A stretch of DNA of 64,000 nucleotides. Source: an uncultured Gemmatimonadota bacterium (GTDB lineage: Bacteria > SM23-81 > DAOVCL01). Shown here piece by piece: positions 1-10,266 of the stretch (positions are counted from its first letter, which is position 1; each line of letters begins with the position of its first letter). Position numbers and translations under genes: made by a program. The notes under the pieces were generated by a model. The model saw only the letters and a program-made list of their open reading frames with translations, ran no database searches and had not been told where the DNA came from. The DNA lies in NCBI GenBank assembly GCA_964626665.1, contig CAZVGK010000003.1, positions 64,001 through 128,000 on the forward strand, read 5' to 3'.

Positions 1-980
1 CCCACGGCACCTACTACCAGGCCTTCGAACAAGAAGATACGCCTTATCCCCTGGGAGGTGGCCCCCATTGACTTCAGAATTCCTATCTCCTTGGTCTTCT
101 CCATTACTACCATTATCAAGGTACTGATGATGTTGAAGGCAGCCACTAAGATTATCAGGCAGAGAATGAGAAACATAGACCACTTCTCGATCTTCATCCA
201 ACTGAAAAGGTTCTTATGCTGATGCATCCAGTCCACTGCATAATAGGGATAGCCGAGATGGCGGTCCAGCTCATTGGCAACCCTCCCCGCCTGGTAGTAG
301 TCTCTGATCTTTACCTCGACCCCACTTACCCTGTCCCCTAAATTAAAAAGTTTTTGCGCCTTGTCAAGGGAAATCAGAGCCAATTGTGAATCATATTCAT
401 ACATCCCGGTTTCGAAGATCCCAGTCACCTCAAATTTAGTGACCTTGGGCACAGAGAGACCTGGATTGAACTCCTCCTTTCCCAAGCTGAAGAGGTTTAC
501 CCTATCTCCTACGGATACCCCTAACTCCTCTGCCAGGTCTGAGCCCAGGCAAATTCCCTCCTGCAGATCAAAATCACCTGATTTGATGTTCTCCCCTATT
601 CTGGTAACCCTCAATTCCTTCTGGGGAAGAACCCCCCGCACGGCAATACCATCACTTGCCTTGGCAGAGGCGATTGCCGCCTTGGCAAAGACAAAGGGGG
701 AGGCGGCCACAACATCCTTCCACTCTTCCACCTGGGAGATAACCTTTGGATAATCCTCCATCCCCCCTTCCTCCATAGAGAAGACAGTGATATGGGAGGT
801 AGTCCCGATTATGCGGGAACGAACCTCGGTCTCAAAGCCATTCATCACTGAGAGGACAATTACCAAGGCAGCCACACCCACCAATACCCCACCCACGGAG
901 ATTAGGGTGATAATGGAGATAAACCTTGATCTCTTCCTGGCTGTAAGATACCTCTTGGCAATAAAAAGCTCATAGGACAT
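1..980 (-). CDS. Lipoprotein-releasing ABC transporter permease, LolC/LolE family (3' end runs off the window)
   Basis: Not in the ORF track. Manual translation from ATG at 980 gives MSYELFIAKRYLTARKRSRFISIITLISVGGVLVGVAALVIVLSVMNGFE, the typical LolC/E N-terminus; later LIIVVAAFNIISTLI-like segment and LKSMGAT. Confidence 0.9.
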   Translation of the reverse strand, partial: MSYELFIAKRYLTARKRSRFISIITLISVGGVLVGVAALVIVLSVMNGFETEVRSRIIGTTSHITVFSMEEGGMEDYPKVISQVEEWKDVVAASPFVFAKAAIASAKASDGIAVRGVLPQKELRVTRIGENIKSGDFDLQEGICLGSDLAEELGVSVGDRVNLFSLGKEEFNPGLSVPKVTKFEVTGIFETGMYEYDSQLALISLDKAQKLFNLGDRVSGVEVKIRDYYQAGRVANELDRHLGYPYYAVDWMHQHKNLFSWMKIEKWSMFLILCLIILVAAFNIISTLIMVVMEKTKEIGILKSMGATSQGIRRIFLFEGLVVGAV

Positions 981-1056
981 CCAATTCACCTATTGCTTGT
1001 TGAAAACGCCATCATCCTTAACCACCTGTTGAGATACGCCTATCCAGGCTCCAGTT

Positions 1057-3213
1057 CTACTTCAGGAGAACCATCTTCTTTATCCCGGTATAATCTCTTG
1101 CTCTCAACTGGTAAAAATAGATGCCGCTGGAAAGAGGGTTTCCATCTTTATCCTTCCCATCCCACACAACCCGATAGTAACCAGCAGGTTGTTCCTCATC
1201 TACCAGAATCCTCACTTCTCGCCCCAGGATGTTGTAGATGCTTAGACTGACTGCTGACCGCTGACCTGTGCTCGGAACAGCACTGCTGATAGCTGGGAGG
1301 TGGTAGCGGATGAGGGTGGTAGGGTTAAAGGGATTGGGGTGGTTCTGAGAAAGAGAGAATGAATGAGGCACAAATCTATGCTTGATTGCCTCTACACCTG
1401 TCAACCCAAACCAATCGTGCAGGATGTTCTGCATCAGCGTATCCGCCTGGAGAGTGAGGGTGCTGGTATCGGCACAATCAACGATGGCCCCAAAACACCA
1501 GGGCAGAAAGACAGTCTTAAACCCTTCGGCATCCGCTAACCGGGTGCCACTGTGTTCTCCGCTTTCGCTTCCCTTGAAGATGTTCACCCCCTGGCCTGTA
1601 GCTTGGGTATAATCGGCCCAGTTGGCCACCCCAACACAGGTTGGATGAAGCTCTACAGGGTCAGCAACGAAGTCACCAGAGACAGGATCATCAACATTTA
1701 CCCCATAAAATGTCGTATCCCCAAGGCTGATGGTATCCTGCATATTGGGATCGCTAACACAGGATTGAACCCCCAGATAATCATAGGCAAACTCCCCAGG
1801 CTCAAAACTGACCTCTACCCCACTCTCTATACCCCTCCTCCAGAAATAGTCCTGATCGGCAAGGAAAAGCTTCCCCCCATTATTCAGATACTTGATAAGC
1901 GGATATTCAGACTCCGACTCCAAGGTGTCCGGTCGAGGAAGATTGCCACATCCCCAGCCAAACCAGATTATGGCATCCCATTGGTTACAGACCACAGAGC
2001 TGTCTATCCCCTTGCTCTCCTCAGCAAACCAGGTGGGCTCATAGGAGTAGCCCAGCCTGTCCAACAGATCCTCATAGTATCCAGCCCTCTGCTTACTAAC
2101 ATCACCATCTCCTACCAGAAGTATCTGTGCCCCGGGGTTCTGTGGCTCCTTGATGACAAAGGACTTAGCCTCATCTCCACAGTCCCCTGCCCACTTGCTG
2201 GGCTTGCCATCGTTGTCCACACAGGTGCACCAGTAGATTATCGTATCACCGACGGAGAATGGACCGGGGAGATAACCGGTGGCTGTGTATCTGCTTCCCT
2301 TCATCTCGGTCAGCTTCATAGGAACCTCTGCCGTATCCCCAGAGCCACTTACCGTATAATGCAAGGTAGCCTCAGTGATCCAGCCATCAGGATCGGACAT
2401 CTGGGCAGTTATCTTGATGTTCTCCCTTAACCAGGTATTGCTCTTATGTTCGGATTTCGCGGTAGGGCGAAAATACGGATTCCCGTAATAGCGGACAACT
2501 GCCTTCATCATAATCTCAGGGCACCACCGCTCCGGCCGGCCGGCTGAATAAAAGTAAACAAAATACCAGTGCCTATCATGCCCATAGGTAAACCGCCAAT
2601 GCTGAGTATAATTATAAGGAGGATAGATGGGTTCATAGTAACTATAATCATCCATATAGATATAAGGTTTTCCCTCCCAATCAGATTTGAAACCTACGGC
2701 AAAGAGGCTATCCCCAGGAAACTCCAATACATAACCGTTGGGAAATTCCCTGAAATCACACCACTCCCAACCACCAGTCCCAGAGATGTTCCACTCGGCC
2801 TGGGTGGGTAATTCATTATCAGTCACTGGCCAGGGGAAGGAGGAATCACTGGAGGCGTAACCATATCTGCAAACAAAAAGCTTTGCAGTCCCTGAGCTGG
2901 CAAATACACCACCAACTGCATATAGGGAGCAGGGGGCAAGGGGTCTAAACCAATTCACCGTGCTGTCATAGGGGGTCAAGTATTCGCCAAAATCTCTAAA
3001 GGGACCACCAATACACCAGGTCATAGTATCAATGACCATACCATTAGTCGAAATTATGCGATGCCTCAAACCCATATCATCAATAAGCTCAACCTCCCCT
3101 CCTGTCATAGAAGTTAAACCTAATCTCTGGTTGTCTGGATTCAATGCATAAAGGGGCAAGATCGATGTAATCAAGATTATCGATGAAATGGCAACTACAA
3201 TAAACTTACCCAT
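1057..3213 (-). CDS. Secreted protein with T9SS/FlgD-Ig-like C-terminal domain (paralogue A)
   Basis: Signal peptide MGKFIVVAISS follows RBS AGGAGGGAG. C-terminus SLSQNHPNPFNP...WDGKD...SSGIYFYQL...KKMVLLK. The ORF-track start at 3345 lies inside a MITE. Confidence 0.85.
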   Translation of the reverse strand: MGKFIVVAISSIILITSILPLYALNPDNQRLGLTSMTGGEVELIDDMGLRHRIISTNGMVIDTMTWCIGGPFRDFGEYLTPYDSTVNWFRPLAPCSLYAVGGVFASSGTAKLFVCRYGYASSDSSFPWPVTDNELPTQAEWNISGTGGWEWCDFREFPNGYVLEFPGDSLFAVGFKSDWEGKPYIYMDDYSYYEPIYPPYNYTQHWRFTYGHDRHWYFVYFYSAGRPERWCPEIMMKAVVRYYGNPYFRPTAKSEHKSNTWLRENIKITAQMSDPDGWITEATLHYTVSGSGDTAEVPMKLTEMKGSRYTATGYLPGPFSVGDTIIYWCTCVDNDGKPSKWAGDCGDEAKSFVIKEPQNPGAQILLVGDGDVSKQRAGYYEDLLDRLGYSYEPTWFAEESKGIDSSVVCNQWDAIIWFGWGCGNLPRPDTLESESEYPLIKYLNNGGKLFLADQDYFWRRGIESGVEVSFEPGEFAYDYLGVQSCVSDPNMQDTISLGDTTFYGVNVDDPVSGDFVADPVELHPTCVGVANWADYTQATGQGVNIFKGSESGEHSGTRLADAEGFKTVFLPWCFGAIVDCADTSTLTLQADTLMQNILHDWFGLTGVEAIKHRFVPHSFSLSQNHPNPFNPTTLIRYHLPAISSAVPSTGQRSAVSLSIYNILGREVRILVDEEQPAGYYRVVWDGKDKDGNPLSSGIYFYQLRARDYTGIKKMVLLK

Positions 3214-3234
3214 TTCTCCCTCCTTTCTTCTAAT

Positions 3235-3414
3235 CAGGGATTCCACATTCAGCTTTTTAAAATAAATATTGAGGATGCTTAACAAACCGGAGTTTATTAT
3301 CTTAACCAGGCACAGACATATACATCTACAGATCAAAGACAACAATAGGGATAGAAAAAATTAGCGCAATAGCATTTTCAATGTTTGATTTATTTTCATA
3401 AGGTGGAATCCCTG
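3235..3414. mobile_element. 180-bp MITE with 12-bp terminal inverted repeats and 5-bp target duplication
   Basis: CAGGGATTCCAC (3235-3246) and GTGGAATCCCTG (3403-3414) are perfect inverted repeats. CTAAT flanks both sides. The empty site CTAATCAAACC is seen at 10177 and 12407. Confidence 0.85.
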
Positions 3415-3492
3415 CTAATCAAACCTTAATCTCTTGAAGTTAAATGTTAGTGATGGATAATCCTCTACCCCAGAGGCATTGCTAAGCCTGGG
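3415..3492. repeat. Conserved upstream module of the three paralogous genes (other copies 10177-10240, 12407-12482)
   Basis: Shared CTAATCAAACCTTAA...ATCCTC(T/C)ACCCCAGAGG sequence. Confidence 0.75.
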
Positions 3493-3507
3493 CCTGGAGC
3501 GCCAGGC

Positions 3508-6201
3508 CTACTTGAGCAAAATCATCCTCCTGGTCTCCATAAAATCCCCTGCCCGAAGCCTGTAAAAGTAGATGCCAGAAGCAAATAAGTTCGCATCCCA
3601 CACGGTTGTCTTGTATCCAGATTTCTGCTTCCCTTCTACCAATGTAGTCACTCTCTGGCCCAAGATGTTATAAATTTCCAGCTTGACCTGAGAGTCTCTG
3701 GGCAGGGTATAGCTTATCTTTGTAACTGCGTTGAACGGGTTGGGATAATTTTGACCCAAAGAATATGTTTTAGGAATACTCTGAACCTCATCCTCGCCGT
3801 CGATACCGCTTGATATCCCGAACCAGTTTAGAGCCATTTCCATAAACACATTCCTCATGCTGTCAGAATCTATAGCCTCAAACCCAAAGCCTAAATAGAC
3901 GGCTTTATACTCGAAGTATGGATGGTGGATCTTGATAGCTGCTGAGCCAGTCTCGGAGCCTGAATAACTATCATAGGTCAAGATAGGTTCCGCCCACCTA
4001 ATCCGGGGCTCCAAAACATCTGGATACAATTGGTTGCCCGCTCCCGTTCCACCGCTCAAGTCGAAGCTCATCCCATTGGTTATGGTATCGGACTCCACCC
4101 CGGAGATTCCCAAATCACTGAAGTTCGCATCTCCCGTTATTTCTACCCCCAGGACCCTACGGAAGAAGGAGGTATAATCGTACCTGCTCACTTCTTGTCC
4201 GCATAGGAATATGTTGCCACCAGATTCCTGCAAATAGGCGGTGACATTATTTCCTTCCTCCTGTGCAAGTCCCTTCTTATCCCCAGTCAGCCAAATGACT
4301 GCACCTTGGCTGTATAATTTCAGGATACTATCACTGGGAATGCCGTAAAAATAGTTGTGCCAGACATCATAAGAGAAGTCATTGGCGTCTAAGGCATCTG
4401 TATAGTATGACTCATAAGGTTTATGGCTTGGACTCCAATTGGGATGGTTGTAGCCGTCATCATCAACAACTAAGATATCGGCAGTTTGGGTAAACCCTTT
4501 GGTGGTAAACCCCGCGAAGTTCTCGTACACTTTGGAGTTGTTCAAGCTATCCGTAGTAGCTATGTTGATGTTATAATGGCGCTCAATACCCGTTGTAGTT
4601 GTCCAGCTACCACCGTATATTTCCCCTTTCCCCGGAGATAAGACAACCGAATCAACAAAGACACCATAAGGGCTCTCGATAGTAGCCATTACTAACTGGA
4701 TGGGAGAGGCATCCTTAACATAGACACTGATATTCACTGTGTCTCCCGGTATTGTGCAAACAGGGCCTACAGAAGCACTGTAAACAATGGGAGCATCATC
4801 ATCTATGTAGGAAGCAAGAAAATATCCCCTCTCGTATTGCGCCAAGATCGAGTCTGCATTGGCAAGGAGATCTTCAAAGGTAACCCCGGCCACCACGGCA
4901 ACGGTCACCTCGGTCTCCTCCCCTGGCCCTAACCTGAAAGGCCCCGATGCCATCAAATGCCTTACATCTCGGGGAACGGTAAAGGTCTCAAACTGATGTT
5001 CTGGATCAGTGTCATTGGGAACATCTATACCCACCAGCTCGGCATATTTGAGGTGGTCCATGCCGGTATTGTCTACCTGATTCTCCTGCCCCTCCCTGGT
5101 CCAGGTCTGAAAGCCGGTCATACCAATGTCCTTGGGGGTCTTACAGAACATCGAACCTATGTAACCTGCAGGATATCTCCAATCCGGCTCACTACCATTG
5201 GAATCGTAAGTATAGCCCAAATTCAACTCCCTGTTGTAGCCGATCAGATCATCGTTTGATCCCTCAGGGTCCTCATACCCAGCCTGACCTACATCGTTAT
5301 CCATAAAGTAGCCCACATAGACGCTATCCAGGGGAAAGGAGTTCATATTCTTTATCTTGTAGTTGAAGTAGATGTACCCATCATGTCCAAAGCTGTGCCA
5401 GGAGTAGGTCCTCTGCTCCAATCTAACCCCCAAACCATCAGTGTCATATCCCATAATAAAGATGGTACTGGCCGAATCTTCAGGTATCCAATCTCCCATC
5501 ACCGCCCAGGTATCTTCATCTGAGACGATGTGGCCACTGTCTGGATCCAATTGTTGATCCGGTGGTCTTCTCGAATTCAGGCTGGTGTCCGCATAGGGCC
5601 ACAGCTCCTGCCAGGGTTGAGGCTCACATCCTGGTTGAACATATTTGAACTCACCCGAATGGGGATCATCCTCTGGGAAGACTTCATTGCTCTGATAGAG
5701 TCTGCTCATCGCCCCCATATCTGAATAATAGGCTCCCGTGCTTACGCGAGGCTGCCACAGGGTATCATTCCCGATGACTTTTGGATAGGGAGCACCCACC
5801 CAGATTCCAGCGGCCCAGTTGTAATACTGCTTAGAACCGGCTGGATATTCCGCACAATAACCATTGCCATAGGTAAATGAATCCGGAAATGTCCCGTCAT
5901 ACCCACTCCAATCGGGTGGAGGTTCAAAATAACCACTCTGCCCTGTGTTGCTAATCGTGTACTGAGTCAAATCACCAGCCCCAATCCAGGAGATTATCCA
6001 GGGGGTTGGTTCATCTCCCTCATCTCTGGAAGCCACCCTTTCCTGCGGGAAAGCAAGGCCTTCCAGCCAGAGATTAGTCTCTTTGAACCTTGACTTGGCT
6101 GTCGAAGCCCAAAATGAAATCACAAGCTCCAGTAACAGGAAAACACCTACAACCTTTGCTCCGCTTCCTGCTACCCTGAAGAAAGTTCTTAATGGGTTCA
6201 T
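3508..6201 (-). CDS. Large secreted protein with T9SS/FlgD-Ig-like CTD, function unknown
   Basis: 897 aa. Hydrophobic N-terminus, an ILVVDDDG...VIWLTG...GGNIFLCGQ domain, and a QNYPNPFN...ASGIYFYRL...RRMILLK tail. Confidence 0.85.
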   Translation of the reverse strand: MNPLRTFFRVAGSGAKVVGVFLLLELVISFWASTAKSRFKETNLWLEGLAFPQERVASRDEGDEPTPWIISWIGAGDLTQYTISNTGQSGYFEPPPDWSGYDGTFPDSFTYGNGYCAEYPAGSKQYYNWAAGIWVGAPYPKVIGNDTLWQPRVSTGAYYSDMGAMSRLYQSNEVFPEDDPHSGEFKYVQPGCEPQPWQELWPYADTSLNSRRPPDQQLDPDSGHIVSDEDTWAVMGDWIPEDSASTIFIMGYDTDGLGVRLEQRTYSWHSFGHDGYIYFNYKIKNMNSFPLDSVYVGYFMDNDVGQAGYEDPEGSNDDLIGYNRELNLGYTYDSNGSEPDWRYPAGYIGSMFCKTPKDIGMTGFQTWTREGQENQVDNTGMDHLKYAELVGIDVPNDTDPEHQFETFTVPRDVRHLMASGPFRLGPGEETEVTVAVVAGVTFEDLLANADSILAQYERGYFLASYIDDDAPIVYSASVGPVCTIPGDTVNISVYVKDASPIQLVMATIESPYGVFVDSVVLSPGKGEIYGGSWTTTTGIERHYNINIATTDSLNNSKVYENFAGFTTKGFTQTADILVVDDDGYNHPNWSPSHKPYESYYTDALDANDFSYDVWHNYFYGIPSDSILKLYSQGAVIWLTGDKKGLAQEEGNNVTAYLQESGGNIFLCGQEVSRYDYTSFFRRVLGVEITGDANFSDLGISGVESDTITNGMSFDLSGGTGAGNQLYPDVLEPRIRWAEPILTYDSYSGSETGSAAIKIHHPYFEYKAVYLGFGFEAIDSDSMRNVFMEMALNWFGISSGIDGEDEVQSIPKTYSLGQNYPNPFNAVTKISYTLPRDSQVKLEIYNILGQRVTTLVEGKQKSGYKTTVWDANLFASGIYFYRLRAGDFMETRRMILLK

Positions 6202-6357
6202 CTCTCCCTCCTTCTTTTAAGTTCCCAATTTACATTGAACCTAAACATTCTTCTGCCTAAGTGCCGACATAGTGGAGAAAAATAGGGTCAGGAATAAAAC
6301 AGACTCTATGTTCAAAATGGCATAGCAATTTCTAACTGTTCCCTTCCCCCCCTACAG

Positions 6358-7929
6358 CTACTTAAGCAAGATTGTCTTCTTTATCTCCACAAAATCCCCA
6401 GCTTTTAGCCGATAGAAGTAGATCCCACTGGAGATTTCCTTGCCCAAATCATCCCTTGCATCCCAACTTACTGAGTAGTAGCCAGGAGTTTGCCTCTTAT
6501 TCACTAGAGTCCTAACCTTCTGCCCCAGCACATTGTAAATCTTCAGGCTGACCGCTGATTGCTGATCGCGGATAGCTGGTAGTTGGTAACGAATGAGGGT
6601 GGTGGAGTTAAAGGGATTAGGATAGTTCTGAGATAAGCGGAACCCCCTTGGAACCAAGAAGTGGGGAATATCTTGGACAAAATCGTAGGTTTTGGCCCTG
6701 TAATGAAATCCCATATCCACCACCTCACTATCCGGAACGGAATCTGTCCTCGTGGTATAACATCCAAGCCCTAAGCTTTCTGCAGAAGCACTTCCAGCAT
6801 CCACACACGGACTTTGTTCAACCTGACCGGCTGCTATCTGGCTGAGATAGTACTCCCCTTCTGGATCTATGGCAAAGGCGGGATCCCTAAAGATATTGAA
6901 GAAACTATCGCAGGGAATGCCATTGCAATTTAGCCCCCAAGTTGTGTCCCCTATGCCAGCAGGGCATCCAGTGAAATTCCCTCCCTCATTAACCCAAAAA
7001 TCGTTGTAGAGAATAAGTGGAGTGGCATCATAACAGTAGATACCCTTAGAATTCTCTGCAAGTATGTTATTGGTTATCTCTATGTGGCATTCGTTGCATA
7101 AAGCGAGGGATATTCCACCCCCTAAATTGCTACCAACCTTATTGCCTACTATCGTGTTATTGATTATACTTAGAGAACCTGCTAAAAGGAGACAACCAAT
7201 TCCACCTCCAGCCCCATTATCTTGATATGTAGCTTCGTTGCGAACGATTAGATTGTTCTGAATCTCTGGGCAAGAGCTGTCAATAACCGCAATCCCCGCG
7301 CCTGTGGGAAGAACTTCCCCATCATAAGCAAACAGAGCATTATCAGCGACTACATTACTTATAATGATAGGGGATGACTTACAGCAGTATATGCCAGCTC
7401 CCATAACTGCCCCCCGGGAAAAAATGCTATGCACGGAATTATGAGCAATTATGTTATGAAAAATGAGAGCTTTGGACCCTTCTATACAGGCTACTCCAGC
7501 GCCGTAGTATCCATTAACCGTATTGGAAATAACTCGGTTGTCGAGAACCCTTGGGGAAGATGCTTGACAGAGAATCCCAGCACCCCCTCCACCCCAAATA
7601 ACTAAACCATTTGTTATTGTAAATCCCTGGATAACAGAGGTAGTATCTTCTCCGGATATAAATGACACGACGGTCCCAGCACTATCGCCATCGATAACTG
7701 TTGACTCCGCTCCTGCTACACTTGTTAGCAGAATTCCTTTACCTTTGAAATCAATCCTTTCTACATAAGTCCCACTGGAAACCAGAACAGTATCATCATC
7801 ATTGGCATTGTCTATCCCTTCTTGAATGCTCGGAAAATCTGAGGGAACCCTAATAGTCCTTGTATTGGCAACTCTGACTAAAAACGGAACCAGCAATGTC
7901 AACATAAGCATTGTAAAAATCTTTTTCAC
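6358..7929 (-). CDS. Right-handed parallel beta-helix repeat protein with CTD
   Basis: TIRVPSDFPSIQEGID...DTVLVSSGTYVE start, GAGI-C/NNxIxxN repeats, CTD tail. GTG start inferred from RBS GGAGAG. Confidence 0.85.
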   Translation of the reverse strand: MKKIFTMLMLTLLVPFLVRVANTRTIRVPSDFPSIQEGIDNANDDDTVLVSSGTYVERIDFKGKGILLTSVAGAESTVIDGDSAGTVVSFISGEDTTSVIQGFTITNGLVIWGGGGAGILCQASSPRVLDNRVISNTVNGYYGAGVACIEGSKALIFHNIIAHNSVHSIFSRGAVMGAGIYCCKSSPIIISNVVADNALFAYDGEVLPTGAGIAVIDSSCPEIQNNLIVRNEATYQDNGAGGGIGCLLLAGSLSIINNTIVGNKVGSNLGGGISLALCNECHIEITNNILAENSKGIYCYDATPLILYNDFWVNEGGNFTGCPAGIGDTTWGLNCNGIPCDSFFNIFRDPAFAIDPEGEYYLSQIAAGQVEQSPCVDAGSASAESLGLGCYTTRTDSVPDSEVVDMGFHYRAKTYDFVQDIPHFLVPRGFRLSQNYPNPFNSTTLIRYQLPAIRDQQSAVSLKIYNVLGQKVRTLVNKRQTPGYYSVSWDARDDLGKEISSGIYFYRLKAGDFVEIKKTILLK

Positions 7930-8039
7930 AATAGTTGCTCTCCTTTTTGCAGGGTTCTCGCCCCACTTAAACCTAAACATCCTCAGGTCTAATGAAAATG
8001 GCAGACCAATTTCTGACTATTCCTTTCTTCTCGCCCCAG

Positions 8040-10160
8040 CTACTTAAGCAAGATCATCTTCTTCGCCTCCACAAAATCCCCCGCTTTAATCCGGTAAAAG
8101 TAGATTCCGCTGGCTACCTCCTGGCCTGCCATATCCTTACCATCCCAGATAGCCCGATAAACTCCTGTCCTCTGCCTCTTGCCTACCAATACCCTCACTT
8201 TTTCCCCTACAACATTATAGATCGATAGCTTTACCTGAGACTCCTTAGCCAGGGAATACTCTATGCTGGTCACGGGATTGAAGGGGTTGGGATAGTTCTG
8301 AGCAAGGGAGAAAGAACGAGGCACAAACCCAGGCCTAATTGTCTGCACACCTGTCAACCCAAACCAATCGTGCAGGATGTTCCGCATCAGCGTATCCGCC
8401 TGGAGAGTGAGGGTGCTGGTATCGGCACAATCAACGATGGCCCCAAAACACCAGGGCAGAAAAACTGTCTTAAACCCCTTGGCACTCGGAAACCTGGTGC
8501 CACTGTTAGAACCACTTTGAACCTCCAGGAAGATATCCACCCCCTGAGGTGTGGCCTCGGTATAATCTGCCCGGTTGGCTACCCCTACACAGGTTGGATG
8601 TAGCTCTACAGGGTCATAATAGAAGTCCCCGGATACCGGATCGTCCTCAGCTACTCCATAAAATGTTGTATCTCCCGGGCCGATCGTATCCTGCATATTG
8701 GGATCGCTAACACAGGATTGAACCCCCAGATAGTCATAGGCAAACTCCCCAGGCTCAAAACTGACCTCTACCCCACTCTCTATACCCCTCCTCCAGAAAT
8801 AGTCCTGATCGGCAAGGAAAAGCTTCCCCCCATTATTCAGATACTTGATAAGCGGATATTCAGACTCCGACTCCAAGGTGTCCGGTCGAGGAAGATTGCC
8901 ACATCCCCAGCCAAACCAGATTATGGCATCCCATTGGTTACAGACCACAGAGCTGTCTATCCCCTTGCTCTCCTCAGCAAACCAGGTGGGCTCATAGGAG
9001 TAGCCCAGCCTGTCCAACAGATCCTCATAGTATCCAGCCCTCTGCTTACTAACATCACCATCTCCTACCAGAAGTATCTGTGCCCCGGGGTTCTGTGGCT
9101 CCTTGATGACAAAGGACTTAGCCTCATCTCCACAGTCCCCTGCCCACTTGCTGGGCTTGCCATCGTTGTCCACACAGGTGCACCAATAGTCTACAGTATC
9201 TCCAACAGAGAATGGGCCCGAAAGATATCCAGTAGCCAGAAATCTGTTCCGTTTGACCTTACTGATGATCATAGCCACCTTTGATGTATCCTCTGAACCA
9301 CTCACCGTATAATACAAGGTGGCCTCAGTTACCAAGCCATCCAGATCGGACATCAGGGCGGTTATCCTAATGTTCTCCCTCAACCAGGTATTGCTCTTCT
9401 GCTGGCTAGACTCTACGAAAGGAGGAACACCCTCATAATAGTTGACAACCGCCCTCATATTAAGCTCAGGGTAGAGAGAACAAGGGGGCCAACGGCAAGG
9501 GAAGTACCAATGGCCATCATGCCCAAAAGTAAACCGCCAATGGGGGAAATGATCTTCACAAAAAGGAATAAAGGTATGCTGGCTATAATCATCATAAAAG
9601 ATGTGAGGCTTCGCCTCATTGTCGGACCTATAGCCTACCCCAAAGAGGCTATCCCCTGGGAATTGCCGGACAAACCCTGCACTTTCAGGATAGGAGGTGA
9701 AATCCACCACTTCCCAACCACCACTACCAGAGACATTCCAGCTCAAATCGGTGGGCAACTCATTATCGATCACTGGCCAGGGGTGGGAGGAATCGCTGGA
9801 AAAGTATCCATACCGACAGACGAACAGCTTGGCTGTCCCTCCACTGGCGAACATACCATGAACCTCATACAGCGAACAGTTGGCAACAGGCCTGAACCAA
9901 TTTAGCATGCTGTCATAAGCGACGACATATTGGCTAACATCGCCAAAAGGGACACCATTACACCAGGTCATAGTATCAATGACCATACCATTAGTCGATA
10001 CTATATGATGCCTCAAACCAGTATCATCTATAAGTCCAACCTCCCCACCTGTCATAGAAGTTAAACCTAACCTCTGGTTATCCGGATTCAATGCATAAAG
10101 GGACAAGACCAATGTAATCAAGATCATCGATAAAATTACAACTACAATGAACTTACCCAT
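8040..10160 (-). CDS. Secreted protein with CTD (paralogue B)
   Basis: Homologous to 1057-3213 and 10267-12390. ATG follows AGGAGGGAG. Confidence 0.85.
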   Translation of the reverse strand: MGKFIVVVILSMILITLVLSLYALNPDNQRLGLTSMTGGEVGLIDDTGLRHHIVSTNGMVIDTMTWCNGVPFGDVSQYVVAYDSMLNWFRPVANCSLYEVHGMFASGGTAKLFVCRYGYFSSDSSHPWPVIDNELPTDLSWNVSGSGGWEVVDFTSYPESAGFVRQFPGDSLFGVGYRSDNEAKPHIFYDDYSQHTFIPFCEDHFPHWRFTFGHDGHWYFPCRWPPCSLYPELNMRAVVNYYEGVPPFVESSQQKSNTWLRENIRITALMSDLDGLVTEATLYYTVSGSEDTSKVAMIISKVKRNRFLATGYLSGPFSVGDTVDYWCTCVDNDGKPSKWAGDCGDEAKSFVIKEPQNPGAQILLVGDGDVSKQRAGYYEDLLDRLGYSYEPTWFAEESKGIDSSVVCNQWDAIIWFGWGCGNLPRPDTLESESEYPLIKYLNNGGKLFLADQDYFWRRGIESGVEVSFEPGEFAYDYLGVQSCVSDPNMQDTIGPGDTTFYGVAEDDPVSGDFYYDPVELHPTCVGVANRADYTEATPQGVDIFLEVQSGSNSGTRFPSAKGFKTVFLPWCFGAIVDCADTSTLTLQADTLMRNILHDWFGLTGVQTIRPGFVPRSFSLAQNYPNPFNPVTSIEYSLAKESQVKLSIYNVVGEKVRVLVGKRQRTGVYRAIWDGKDMAGQEVASGIYFYRIKAGDFVEAKKMILLK

Positions 10161-10266
10161 CTCTCCCTCCTTTCTTCTAATCAAACCTTAACCCCTGAGG
10201 CAAAACCTTTGTAACAACTCATCCTCTACCCCAGAGGGTTAATGAGGCAGGATTCTAATGCCAGGC

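Noticed and set aside
1552-2430. 292-aa plus-strand ORF and its echoes at 8718, 9510, 10810 and 11734
   Set aside because: Antisense shadows of the paralogous genes; their mutual similarity reflects the duplicated DNA.
3214-3345. N-terminal extension of paralogue A in the ORF track
   Set aside because: Lies mostly within the MITE; RBS and paralogue alignment place the start at 3213.
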